Positions 40,219 to 53,400 of a stretch of DNA of 64,000 nt are shown one piece after another. Where the stretch lies: the NCBI GenBank assembly GCA_015680685.1, contig MNCI01001077.1:571417-635416 (forward strand). The letters run 5' to 3'. Numbering within the stretch: position 1 is the first letter of the stretch; the number at the start of each line of letters is the position of its first letter. The notes under the pieces were generated by a model, which ran no database searches, was not told the DNA's origin, and worked only from the letters and a program-made list of their open reading frames with translations. The stretch is from Gnetum montanum (Eukaryota > Plantae > Gnetophyta). The position numbers and the translations under genes were made by a program.

Positions 40219-41517
40219 TGAAACACCACAAAATTTTGGGTCTTAGCATCATGACTACAATTTTTGCTAAGTGTCAAAATGCTGGCACTTTACCCAAATT
40301 TTTCCAAAGTGTTGGGTGTAGTTAGCTCCAACTGCTAGATTTGAAAAAAATCTCTAAGTGTCAAAACAATGGCACTTTCTACACCCTATCACACTGCATA
40401 GCATAGTGCAGCATAGCACCCTATTACACTATGTAGCATAGTGCACCGTAGCACATCTATCATGTTGTGTAGCATAGTATAGCATAGCATCCTATTATGT
40501 TGTGTAGCATAGTGCAGCATAGCACCCTATTATGCTATGTAGCATAGCATCATATCTACTATAGCATAGCACCCTGTTTACTACAGCATAGCACCATGTC
40601 TAGTACAACATAGCACCATGTCTACTGCACCATATTACCCTATCTGTTGTAGTGTAGCATCCTATCTACTCTAGTGTAGCACCCTATCCATCATTACAAC
40701 TAGCATCCCATGTCCCGCACATAACATGAGACAAGTGTGGTCCCACCCATCACACTACCACATGGTACTTGATCTACAGTTTGGACTAACCCTCTTTTGA
40801 AGAGGAAAGGGAGGAGGGTGGATTCCATTCTTTCCAATAAGGCAGTTGGCACTTCCATTTGGCATTTGATACTTTGGCATCTCGGCACTTAGCTCTGTGG
40901 GTGAATGAGACCTAGAGGACAATACACTGGTAGAGAGGCATAGCTACATTGCATGGTACACTACATCCCCATTGCAGCCCTATAGAACATTACATGGTAC
41001 GCTATGGCTACTAACTTGGTAGGCACAATTCATCATAGTGAGCACTAGAATTCATGCTCCAACACCACCAAGGTTGAGACTACGTTCCCACTACACCTAT
41101 TGTACACTTTGTACCTTTTGAGACCCTTTGTGAATTATCTATGCTCTTTCTTTTAGAGTGGTGCACTTCTGTTCTCAACATCTGTTACATTTTTCAAGAA
41201 TTTCTCTTTGGAATTTAACATAACACTTATATTTTCTCACTTTTTCATACCTATTTGCATGTTCATGTCACTGTTTTCAGGCTAGGACACCCTGCTATGC
41301 TCTAGCTTATGCAGACTCAATGCTCGCATGTAATGTAGTACAAACCCTTCTCAAACATGGTTTTTTTAACACCACATATGTCCCTATCTGATTGAATAGA
41401 CCAGTCAAGGTACCCCATTTCCATTTTCTCTAGCATGTCCCTCACACAGATTTGGGGTTAGGCTGTACACCCAGCAACCTCTCAATGTTCCATCCATCGA
41501 CATTTTTGGATGTCATA
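40219..41517 (+). repeat. 5' LTR of element E (~1.3 kb)
   Basis: TGAAACACCAC start; GCATAGCA-type repeats at 40390-40690; U5 block tgtccctatctgattg...ccagtcaaggtacccc; ends gtcaTA before the PBS. Confidence 0.85.
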
Positions 41518-41522
41518 GTTTT

Positions 41523-41540
41523 TGGCACTAGAAGGAGGGC
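41523..41540 (+). promoter_or_regulatory. Primer-binding site, tRNA-Asn type (E)
   Basis: TGGCACTAGAAGGAGGGC, identical to A and B. Confidence 0.87.
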
Positions 41541-42286
41541 CTTTCTCTATGTCCTTTCTGTGTGCCATGGGTAATCATGCATGTTGTTTGTACCCTATTA
41601 CCAGTAACCTACTAACATTGATGTGACACCCTTGTGATTGTCTATGCACCTAGTGTTGCAGATTGGTTGCCATAGAAATTCCTCTGGAACCCTGTAGGAT
41701 GAAATCCCTAAACTATCTACTGAGCTATGCTGCCTATCTACTGTGTTACGCTACCTACATCCTGTGTAGCATAGCAACCCTGTCAATGTAGTAGTTCCCA
41801 GACTATCTATTGTGTTACGTTGCCTATCTACTGTGTTACATAGTGTGTCTACTATGTCATGCTACTTGTGTCTTGTGAGGTGTAGAGATCCTATCCATGT
41901 AGCAGTCTTTCAGCATAGCAGGTGTAACAGTGAGGATAACTAGCATAGATGTGACACCCCTGTGGTTATCTACACACCACATTATGCTTCCTACATTCTG
42001 CATAGTGTAGTGAATCTATCAATATAGTAGTCCCCAACCTTTCTACTATGTTACACTACCTATGTCCTATGTAGTGTAGCAGTCCCTCTTAGTGGTGCAA
42101 GCTCTGACATAGTGAGTGTAGTACCAGATTTGTCCATTTTTCATAGTTTTCTAATTGAACATTTTTTTTATATTTTTGTACTTAGCCATTTTCTTACATT
42201 TTTCTACTATTGACACACTTAGTGATTTTCTTGTAGTTTTTAGAGTTATCCATTTTCTACAAACAACAACTCTCACAACCCAATCT

Positions 42287-43611
42287 ATGAATATGAATCT
42301 AGATCAACCTTCCAAATTGGTGTCTAACACATTTGACACTATAATCCAGCCAAAGCATGATGCACTAAGCCATGAAAAATATAATTTTTTATGCCAAAAT
42401 ACAAGCAAGATTACTAGTGGATTACCTTGATTTGGAGGTAAAACAAGACTATGAACGAGTCCACCAAAACAGACGAGAGTACAACCCCTTCTTGTTTGAC
42501 ATAATCCCACTCATGGAGTCCTACCACCAGTTGTTATCCCAACTCATCCATGAAAATAAGCATGATGCAAGGACAACCTACGAGGAAGCCTCACAAAAAG
42601 AGGAAGATGAGTTCGAGGCCTACTCCAAACATGAGAGCCACCCTTACACCATCTTCCAACAATCACTCCCTAGTATAATCCCTCCTTGGTTTAGTCCACC
42701 CATTCTCTTCGAGATGGTGACCATGCCAATTGAACCTTCCTCTCAAGCAACTAATGCATTTTCCCAACATTATGCTCATGCAGGGGCCACCTCCTAGCCT
42801 TAGATAGCTTAGGCATCCTACATTCCACCTATCTCATTGGCGTCTATGGTCTCCATCCAACCCACTCATGTGTGGCCTACTTCGATCACTATGTCCATCG
42901 CTCAAAAAACACATAAAAAAATGTCTACTATGACTTTAAAATAGAAAAAAATATCTACTACGAAATTAAACTAGCAACAACCATCCACTACGATGTTAAA
43001 CTAGCAACAACTTTCTGCTACAACATTAAACTAGAAAACTCCACAACCAACAATTCAATCCTATGCTATGCAACCAACACAAGCCCAACCAATGCAACCA
43101 ACCAGCACATCTTCAAGCTTGTATCAGGCATTCTAGCTGCTCCAAAGCCTGATGGAGGAGATCAAACAACTCAAGGCTACCTCCTATGACATCATCAAGG
43201 TGATGGACTTCTACCGAGATGATCCCATAAGTCCTATGATACCACCTCTAACTCTCCCAACTAGGGTCTAGCTGCCTCAATTCACCAAGTACAATGGTGA
43301 AGGGGATCCTAATGCACACTTGATCATATTTCAATCTGAGTGCCTACTCTTTCAAGCTTGGCCACATACCATCATGTAGGTGTTCCCCATGTCACTCACA
43401 AACAAGGCCTTAGATTGGTATCATGCACTACCCAAGGCATCAATCTCCTCTTTGAAGGATCTAATATGCAAGTTTGTGACATGCTTCAGGTACAACCTAA
43501 AGCTTGAAGCAATCCTCAACCAACTCATGCAAGTTAAGCAGGGGCCTCTAGAGCCCATGCCAAAATTCCTTCAATTTTGGAATGCTAGATTTAGTGAAAT
43601 GAGTGAACCCC
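42287..43611 (+). pseudogene. gag: Element E gag, cut off by LTR G
   Basis: MDFYRDDPISP...FTKYNGEGDPNAH...FPMSLTNKALDWYHALP...FSEMSEP, then TGTAACG. Confidence 0.88.
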
Positions 43612-45171
43612 TGTAACGATGGAAAATGTTGGTAGCTGGAAATACCAAACAAAAATCCGTGTACATAGTCTTAACCATGGATCTGTGTGAGGGCCGTGCT
43701 GGAAGAAACGAATCCACGGTGCCCTGAACGATCTTGTCAATCAGACAGGGACTTACTCAATCAGTAAATCAATGAATATTGTAGATATCCTGTGGAATAA
43801 TCTACATTGTTTTAATTGCCAAAGGAGAATAAAACAATGTAGATAATAACAACATCAAAACAATAGGAAGGATCGAATTTAAGGAAAATGCGTAATTCCA
43901 AGATCTGTACTTTGACCCAAAAACTGGGTATATTGCATACAAATTTCCAATGGAAAAGCTCCACTTATCTTGTGTGAAGCATACACAAAATAACAAGAAA
44001 ACTGTTCAACAACGAGTATAGAATGGAGTTCAATCTACCTCGTAAGCTAGAGATGGGATGCAAGGAAAGTTAAGCTTTGACATCTATTGATCAAATGTTT
44101 TTGATCAATGAACCTTACAAACTACACCAGATAATCTCTCGATCTCTGATCTGCTCTTTTTGCCTTTGGTAGTCTCTACTCAAAGATGTCAATGATCACC
44201 AATGGAGAGAGTTATGTTTTCTCCAAAGGATTGATTGCTCCTGCTGCAAAATGCTCAAGCAAAATGTCTTCTGTCTCTGCTAAAAGGTGATGCTGCCAAA
44301 AGTTACAGATGCTGCCCAGGGGTCCCTTTGTTTCTTCGCCCACTGGAGTATTTATAAGTTCGACAACATATGGAGAAAGCATGGCACTGATGACACGTGT
44401 CTCGAACCTTCAAAATACTGTTGACTTGACCAACTTTGCGTTGAAACTGGCTATGTTGCGTCATATTGCAATGTGCGCTGTTGATGCTTTTGCTGAAGAT
44501 GCTTCATGATTACGCACAATACACTTATCAGCATATTGTGTGTGTGGATAGAAAATGCATAACTACTTTAACTAGCTTTACGTTGTGTTACACTCGTTTA
44601 CGCTGCGTCGCATGGTGGAGCGTAATAGAGCATGGGAGTAGTTGATGCCAGCTGTTTCACGCTTATTTACACCACAAAGCATAATAGAGCATAAAAAATG
44701 GTTAACTTTACAACGAATTATGCTTGTCCACGCTGTGTAGCGTAATAAGCGTAAAGTGACCAATCTGCAAAGGAAAGAAGTCAATCTGCAACTCTTCCTT
44801 GTACCCTGACTTTGTCTTCTTTGAAGCTCGTTACGCTGCTCTACGTAACGAAGCGTAAACTCGGCTCTGAGCAAAAGACTTAGCCGCATATGCGACAAGT
44901 TTTAAGCTTTAATCTTGGTCAAAACTGGCGAAGTAAGTTGCTTTCTGATATTAGGCTACGCTAAACAGAATTACGCTGAGATACATTACGCTCTATTGCA
45001 TAATGCAGCGTAAAGAGAGAAAACAAAGTAAGTTTAAAATCTGTGAGAAACTCAGAGACTTGATGCTGCGCATCTCTTTGCTTTGTTTTGTCTTCTGAAT
45101 TATTGTCACAAACCTCCACCCGAATCGTGAATCCTCGCTTGAGGCCGATTCACGATTTCTATGGTATTTCA
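43612..45171 (-). repeat. LTR G: young, CpG-rich 3' LTR (1.56 kb) of a related subfamily
   Basis: Minus strand runs TGAAATACC...CATCGTTACA, preceded by PPT caacaaagaggggccat (45172-45188). TATAAATA at ~44349-44356. Only moderately similar to the 5' LTR of B. Confidence 0.88.
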
Positions 45172-45899
45172 ATGGCCCCTCTTTGTTGACGGTTAGAGGG
45201 CTTACCCGAAAGATGTCGACAAAGAATACGAAACACCGGATAGGTAGAAGTACGAACAAAATTCATCCATGGTCACTCAACTGTCACCCTGTCAACATAG
45301 AGATCCATGGTTACCTCCTGGTGCCCAAAGCATAAAGGCCAGCAATGGCCTTGGCAGCACTGTCGTGGAGGAGTTAGCGTTGAAGGCACCAGGAGTTACT
45401 GTGAGTGTAGATGCTCTGGAATCCCTACCAAAGGCATGCATTCTCAATTCAGCTATGGGATTAGCTACCACATAACTAAAAATCATTTGAGCCTAGGTAT
45501 TGGCAAGGAGCTGGTGGGTAACAATATTTTGGCTAGGCCACAATACTGCTAGAACTCCAACAGTGGGCACTAGCCAATGAACTACTATTAAGGCGATGGG
45601 CTGTGGTGAAGGTAGGTCTAGAGGACCAGTGCGACATCATACGACATCTCTGGAGGATCAGCATGATGCCAAGGATGGTGACGTTGCATACATTCCAGAT
45701 CATGTTCCCACTAGATCATGAACCGTGTTCTAGAGCTGCAACATCCCACCCCCACGTTGGCACTATGCATGCTCATTCGATGTGTACTTGACGAAAATGC
45801 ATGCTAGGGACATGACACAAACCTATTTTAAGGTCTTGGTAGATGGTGCACTGGTTTAGGGTCCCAGTGGATTGCTATGCTTTTTTAAGGTCCGAGCAG

Positions 45900-46210
45900 A
45901 TTGCACATGCCAGTTTAGCATCATAGTGGATGTGTCATACTAGTTTATAGTCATAGCGAATTAACTATGCGAGTTTTACATAATAGCAGATGGTTGTCAC
46001 CAGTTTAATGTTGTAGTGGATGCTACTTGATGTTGTTTCCAGTTTATTATCGTAGTAGATGCTACTCAATGCCACTAGTTTAACATCTTTGTGGACGGTG
46101 CTTGATTCCACTAGTTTAATATCTTTGTGGACTATGCTCGATGTCCCTAGTATAAAATCTTTGCAGATGGTACTTGATGTCACTAGTTTAATGTCATTGC
46201 AAATGTTGAT
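45900..46210. repeat. ~33-bp tandem array in the 3' UTR of B
   Basis: About 9 units like cactagtttaatatctttgtggactatgctcgatgt; visible as an 11-aa period in ORF 45965-46222. Confidence 0.85.
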
Positions 46211-46226
46211 CGATGTCTTCATGCTT

Positions 46227-49200
46227 CAGATGTGCTATGGCTTGAGGTACGAGTGATTCACCGGGTTGGCGAACTTGTTGTCGTCCATGTCCGCCAGCTT
46301 GAAGGCTCCATTCCTGAAGGCTTTAGTGACCATGTAAAGACCTTCCTAGTTGGCTAAGAATTTTCTCGCATGCTTGCAGATAGCCTTGAGGATGAGGTCT
46401 CCCTTCTGTACTAGTCTTCGATGCAAGTTTGCATGGTTATTTTGCTGTTTCTTGCTCTAGTATCGCTCTATGTGGCTCAGCATCTGCGCACGTTCCTCCT
46501 CTATTGAGTTGAGATCATTGATTTGTGACTCATTATTCTGGGCTTTTCCCATGACATCTGAGAGGATCATCTAGAGTGATGGTACCTACAACTCAAGAGC
46601 CAACACAGCTTCAGATCCATAAACAAGGCTGTAAGGAGACTTACTTGTTGTGGTTCTACATGTTGTGCTGTAGGCCCAAAGAACATAGAGGATTTTCTTA
46701 TGCCACTGCCTCTTGCTATTTCCAAGCATTCACTTCAGTAAGTTGATGATGGACTTATTTGTAGCCTCCACTTGCTTGTTCACCTATGGATAGTATAGGG
46801 AGAAGAATGATTGCCTGATTCCTAGGTCACTGCAAAAGGTTCAGGTTTTCATACTACTAAATTGTGGCTCATTGTCAATTGCAATAGTCATTGGAATCCC
46901 AAACCTCATTATGATGTTATCCAAGATGAAATAGAAGATTTGCTAAGACATTATTTTCCTTAAGGGAATAGCTTCCACCCACTTAGTAAAATACTCAGTG
47001 GCGGTGATAATGAAGCTATATCCTATGGAGGATTTAGGCATGATGGATCCTATGAGGTCTAGTCCCCATTGTTGGAAAGGCCACATGATTTGTGTTGGGT
47101 GTAGGTCCGTAGGTGAGAAGTGTATGAGATTTTTGTATCTCTGGCATGTGTTACATGTCTTGGCTTTCAACAAGCAATCATGCTCCATGTGGAGCCAATA
47201 GTACCCTAGGCATTTAATTTTGACAGCCATAGCTTGGGGTGCTATATGTCCACCACATAGTCCTTCATGCACTTCATTAACTACCTTATGTGCCTACACC
47301 ACGCATGCCAGCAATATCCCTTTATAGGAACGTCGGCACAAGGCATCATTTCCCATGAGAATATATTGCTAGGTGTGCTTGCGGATCACATCTCTCTAAG
47401 GAGATGTCTATTCACTTAGGGGTTCACCATGTTGCAGGTAGGCTTTAATGTTAGCGTACCACTCCTAGGTATCCACAACAATAATAGAGGCCACGTGTCT
47501 TGCCTGAGTGATGGGCATAATGCATTCGACAATCAAGTTTGGAAGACTTGAAAATGAGTGTGGTTGAATGTTTAATGCAAGGGTGGCTAAGGCATCTACC
47601 ATAGTGTTCTCGTTGCATGGAACATGTTGCACATATATGGTTGTAAATTTCTTAAGCATGCTTTTTGCTAGGTCATAGTAGGGTTGTAGGTACGTAGCCT
47701 GGTAGGCATAGACCTCAATGATTTGATTCACAACTAATTGTGAATCACCATGGATGGCCAAGTGTTATATGCATAGTGTTTGGGCAGCTAAGAGGCCTTT
47801 GAGTAGCCCCTCATATTCTGCCACATTATTGGTGTAGGGGAATGCAAAATTATAAGCAAACAGGTGCATTTCCCCAGAGGGGAATGTAATGATGGTAGCT
47901 GTGCTACCTCCTCATGTGGTTGAAGTGCCATTGAAGTGTAGAGTATCTTCTAGGTGTGATGGAATGATGTTGATTGTGCCAACATGCTCATTTTGGAATT
48001 CGGGATCTATGGTTGCATGGTCATCAATGGGTGAGGTCGTAAGCTGCGTTGCTATGGCTTGACCCTTAGTCGATGATTGGCTAACATAGTGTAGGTTGAA
48101 CTCCATGGTTACTACTTTCCATTGGGCTATCCTGCTACTTTCATAAAGGTTGTTAGTGATAGCCTAGAGTATGTTTCTTTTTCAAATGATGTTGACTGCA
48201 CTACGAAATAGATAGTGCCTCCACTTTTTTAATGCAAATACTAAGGCAAGAAAATTCCTCTCCACTTCATTGTATTTTTCCTCATGTGGTATTAATGCAT
48301 GGCTTAGATAATACACTAGTATCTCAGATCCATCATCTCATTTCTGACATAGTAGTGCTGCAATAGATGTGTCAGAGGTGGAAAGGTAGATGAAGAAATG
48401 CTTATCCCTTTGTGGTGGATGCATAGTTGGGAAATGCGAGAGCTCTTCTTTCATGTCATCGAAAGCTTGTTGACACTAGGTTGTCCACTTGAAGTCAACC
48501 CCTTTCTTTAGAAGATGTTGCATGGGGTGTAACTTGTCAGTCAACTTTTCTATTAACCATTGGATGAACTGTACCCTGCCTTGCAACCCACGTAGCTCTT
48601 TAAGGTTTGCAGGAGGTGCCAGGTTGACAATGGCCTTGACTTTGTCAAGGTCCACCCTTATTCTAGCCTCCAATACCATGAATCCTAACATGCATATGAT
48701 TTTCACACTGAAGACACACTTCTTGGGATTAAGGCACAAATTGTACATTTGACAACACTTGATGACTACCCCTAGATCATGTGGGTGATCAGCTTCCTCC
48801 TTGGACTTGATTGATATATCATCCATATAGTCATTTAGTATTTCTAGGATGTAATCACTAAAGATGTAAGTCATGGCTTCCTGGTAGGTTGCTCCAACAT
48901 TCTTGAGTCCAAAAGAAATCATGGTGTAATAGAATTACTCCCATGGGGTCATGAAGTTTGTTGTTAGCTAATGATCCATGTTGATGTGAATTTCGTTGTA
49001 TCCTAAAAAGCCATCCATGAAGGATATCAAAGCATGACCAGCCATAGTGTCGATCAGTTGATCGATGCTTGGAAGTGGAAATTCATCCTTGATCATCACC
49101 TTATTCAGATCCCAGAAGTCTATGCAGATTCGTATTCCTCCTATTTTCTTGGAAACCACAACGATGTTCGACACCCATTCTGAATAATCAACTACACGGA

Positions 49201-49702
49201 TGAAACTAGCTTGGTATAGCTTGGTGATATCATCCCTTATGGCTAGTGCAATTTCTAGTTTGACTTTTCAAGCCTTCTACTTGACTACCTTCATGCATGG
49301 ATCTAGGATGATGTTATGCTGTATCAGCTATGGGTCTTAACCCTGCATGTCACTATATGACCATGCAAAGACTTTGATGTTTTCTTGCAAAATCTTGGCT
49401 ACATTTTCATGTGTTTGTGTGTCTAGGAGGGAGCTAAGCTTTAATGTTTTTACATCACCCTTGGGCATGGTTGCAGGTGTCTCAATGAGAGGGTCCTTAG
49501 TTACATCCCTAGCCTCCAAATCTAGGGTTTGGACTATATGCTTGGGCTAGTCTAGAGATGCTTCTAAAGATGCTATGATGCTAGCTTCGGCCGATCCCCA
49601 ATCGATTAGGTCGAGGTTCAATTGTCTCACAAGCTTTCCATGTGGACCTGCTAGGGCTAAAGGTGTGGAGAGATCATGATGGATTTCCATTTTCTGCTTA
49701 AC
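46227..49702 (-). pseudogene. pol: Element B pol: RT-RH-aRH-INT
   Basis: RT ICIDFWDLNK and DYMDD; aRH IHGDSQLVVNQI...ENTMVDALA; INT HEGLCGGH...CNTC...WPFQQWGLDLIG...EYFTKWVEA. Confidence 0.95.
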
Positions 49703-50429
49703 CTGTTAAAATGAGATGAAAGCCTGGTTAAGAGACACCTGTTAGTAGCAATCATGTATAACAAAAGCTTCAAAAGAAATGTCAAGATGTAACTAGTGAA
49801 TCATGATGTAGAGATTAAAATTTTTCCAATTTAAAGTCATGGTAGATCATTATGGCATGGAGACGCAGAGCTGCTAAAATAGGAAATGTAAAAGTGTCGA
49901 TGCTAGAACATGATGCTGCTAGTTTAGCTTCATTGTGGACTATGAATGTATAACAGATCGAAACATGCTAGTTTAAGGTCTTTTCGGACCGCGAAAGTTG
50001 CAACCGTTCTTGGGTTTGCTAGTTTAAGGTCTTTTCAGAATGGTAAAAGCATAACCATGCTACGATTGCTATTTTAAGGTCTTTCTGGACCATGGTAATC
50101 AAAAATATATTTTTTCATTTTTTGGGAAAGCAAGTCATTAGCTTGAAGCATGTCAACGTTTTAATGCTAGTAGTGCTACGATGTCATGGCAAGCATGCTA
50201 CGTTGTACGGTGCACTCCACATTAAATAGAGAGAGAGAGCGGAAAGTTTCCCTTTTCACCATTATGGCCATAAATAGGGATTAAGCCCTAGTAAGCTTTC
50301 CATTCTCACTGTAAGAGTGTAGAGCCCATATTCGGAGCACAAAGCAATTTTAGAGTGCAAAGAAATTATGCTAATAGCGAGCAAGGTAGTTTTCTACATA
50401 GTGACGAGGAGAGATCTGCAAGCACAGCG

Positions 50430-53400
50430 ATGGCTCCAAAGAAGGTACACATGAATTTGTCACTTACAATGGTCAAGGAGGTGAAGAAAACCCTAGGGCA
50501 CATGACACAAATGTGTGTTGTGGTGCGGAAGGACATGCCATTGACCCGGTAGGCCGCTATGATTCCTCTATTTGTTTTGCAATTCTGTTATCACTTCTTT
50601 TCTTCTATTTTCTACTTTCATTTTGTATCCTAGTCTTAGCCATTCTTGTTTTCTGTTGTTACATTGTTTTGGCCTTTGCATCACTACTATTGCTATTTTG
50701 GCTGTGGTGGATGCATAAGCGTTACACCATCGTTGCATGCAAGGTCAATTAAACTACCACCACAATGGTTTTCATAACCGTGGGGGTGTACACAGTGTAA
50801 GTTACTTGGGTTTCGAATGGCGTGATGTAGGACCCTTAGGAGGTTTGGGCAATGCATGATGTGAGAGTGTGACATGTGTTCTATCGAGGCATATTGTTAA
50901 TCACCCTATTAGGATTAATTGCTCTATTGCTATGCCAGGATGTTTTTGCTACGCTACCACTTTCATGTTCTTGCTACGCTATGTGCAGAAAGAGGGTTAT
51001 GCTACTCTATATGTATGAACCTCTAGGTATAGCTATGTTGCGTGCGCATTGCGCTTAGACATGATGCTAACACTTAGTAGTTGCGTTGCACAAGATGGAG
51101 CTAAGGCCAATCCTGATTATTTTAGAAATTAGAGGGGTCATGTGTCATGTGAGAAAAATTGTGGCCAATGCCCCTCCTCCCCAGATACATGTGGGAGAGT
51201 GGGGGATCTGGTTCAGGAAAGGAGCATGGGACTTCTTAAAATTCCTCCTTGACCAGTTCAGTATGATCATTTGGTCATCCCTACAGGAGGAGGAGGTGGC
51301 CAACATAATAGAAGCCATATTGCCTAGGGCAAGTTGGGGCATTCTGAGATTTCTGACTGATGGGACAATCATGAGTAGGCAGGGAGAAGGATCTAGTCAA
51401 TGCCCAATAGGGTTAAGGCATTTAGCCTAGATCTGGGATATGCCTAAATATAGCTATTACCACTATTACAACACATTATTCCTCACATGTTATATGGCAA
51501 CATGCTTCCAGAACCCATAGGGAACTATCTACTCTGCTGGCGGGTGAGTTTTGTAGCCTTGTTCCACTGTGTTTGTACAATGATGGCCATAATGGCCTAA
51601 TGCTAATAGTATGTGTTTGGTACTAGGTTCTTCATTAATAAGGATGGGGTTCATGACTAACCGGGTCTGTTGGCTATAGCATATATAGCCCTATAGGAGC
51701 TCTCTTCTATTGAGAACCTACCAGTGGGTGTGATCGATTAATGCCGGGGTGAATACCATACCTACCTAGGCCTATACTCTATTCCCTATGATCAGTGCAA
51801 GGGGTAGGGTTGGCTAGATGAGGAGTGGGTAGAATCGTTCAAACTAGTCATGGTTGAACAAGTTATGGTTGAACTTCTACTATTCCCATTACCGTATAGG
51901 CCTGATAGGTCAAATAGTAAGTGTCGCATACTTAAGTTTTTTTGCAATATTTGTATTTTGTACATTTTTATACTAAACATTTTTTCCAAAAACTATTCCA
52001 AGGGCGAAGAAGCCCCAGGAGGTGATGGTGGTAATTGTTGAGACACAGTGGATGAACATCTATTTCAAATACAGTGAAGTAGAAGTGAGCCAACGCTAGA
52101 TAAACCGTGCGTCTTCGGGCTCCTTGGTCTAGAACATCCAAAAGGTTGGGCTTATGGAACTATTCTTGGCCCCAAATCCAAGTGTTCTTGCCACCAAGAT
52201 GCTCTCCCTAGTCAACTCCTTTTCTAACAAGGTGGGCCACTTCTACATGCACATACAGGACGTGCAGGTGGTCATTGAAATCAATGAACATCTATTTGCA
52301 TACTTGTTCCGTGTTCCTACTGACAGCATCCTCATAGGGTTGAAGGGCAAGAAGGAGCTGATCCTTCAAAAGAAGGATACATAGGAGTGGCTTGGGATTG
52401 CTAAGGAGCAAAAAGGTCTCCCCATGGATAAGCTTAAAGATGGGCCTGCCAAGAAGATCTACCCTATCTTCCATGCTCACACATTCCCCCAGTTGCTTAC
52501 CCAAGGGAAGGTCCTATGGATCAAGCATGCCTGGATAATGCATTAGATCATGCGCCTGGAGTGGGACTCTGATTTTTGATGGAGTCCCAAGATTTTGACC
52601 TATGACTAGATTTCCAAACCATGGATTCACCAGATCCTCTAGACCATCTGAGCCCAAGGTCCCCCAGAAATAATTGGGGAGTCGTTGTCTATAATGACTA
52701 AGGATTGGGTGTCCTGCAACGTTCATGGCCATGATAGTATAGGAGAGATACCCCTTGCTGTAGCCGATAGCGTGTCACGGGGGAAATGTCTCATAGCCGA
52801 GACTATGCCTAAGAAGTTGTAGTGGAAGAGATCTCCTTCAGCTAATGAAACCCTTTGCATGGAGGAAGAGGAGGAGCAAAGACTATGGCTTAAACTGCAG
52901 AGGACACAACCTCCCATTGGTAAATGCTTTTGTCTAATGCTTACTTTGCTATTGTTTGTTATGCTATGCTACGCTAGGTGGCATAGCGTAGCATGACACC
53001 TGCTTTAAGCTACTTGTTTTGGACTAATGCAAATATGTTTCTTTGCTGGTAGAGGAAGAAGAAGAAGAAGAAGAAGGTGACAAAGGGATGTCGACCCCTA
53101 AGACAGGGGTGACAAATAAACGAGCTCCTATCACTAAGGCAGGGGATCTTGTCATTAGGGAGAATCCTCATCTTAATCAAGAGGAACCTCCCTTGAATAA
53201 AAAATATTTTGATCTTCTAAAAGAAAATGCACCAATGCATGAGGAAGGGGATCATGAAGACTCAGCAACGCCTTCTACCAAGGCTACCGCCATCATTTTA
53301 CATTAGCAAGAAGGGAGACTGCAATTGGACACTGGTGAGTTTGGCAATATTTCTACCTTGTCATAGCCTATTTTGGCCATTTCTGATATTATTAGTTATG

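Noticed and set aside
45900-46210. CRISPR-like array
   Set aside because: Contiguous degenerate tandem units with no unique spacers, in a eukaryotic retroelement UTR.
51086-51430. Host CTD-phosphatase gene
   Set aside because: It occurs three times at the same internal position of retroelements and is decayed like them, so it is element cargo and not a host locus.
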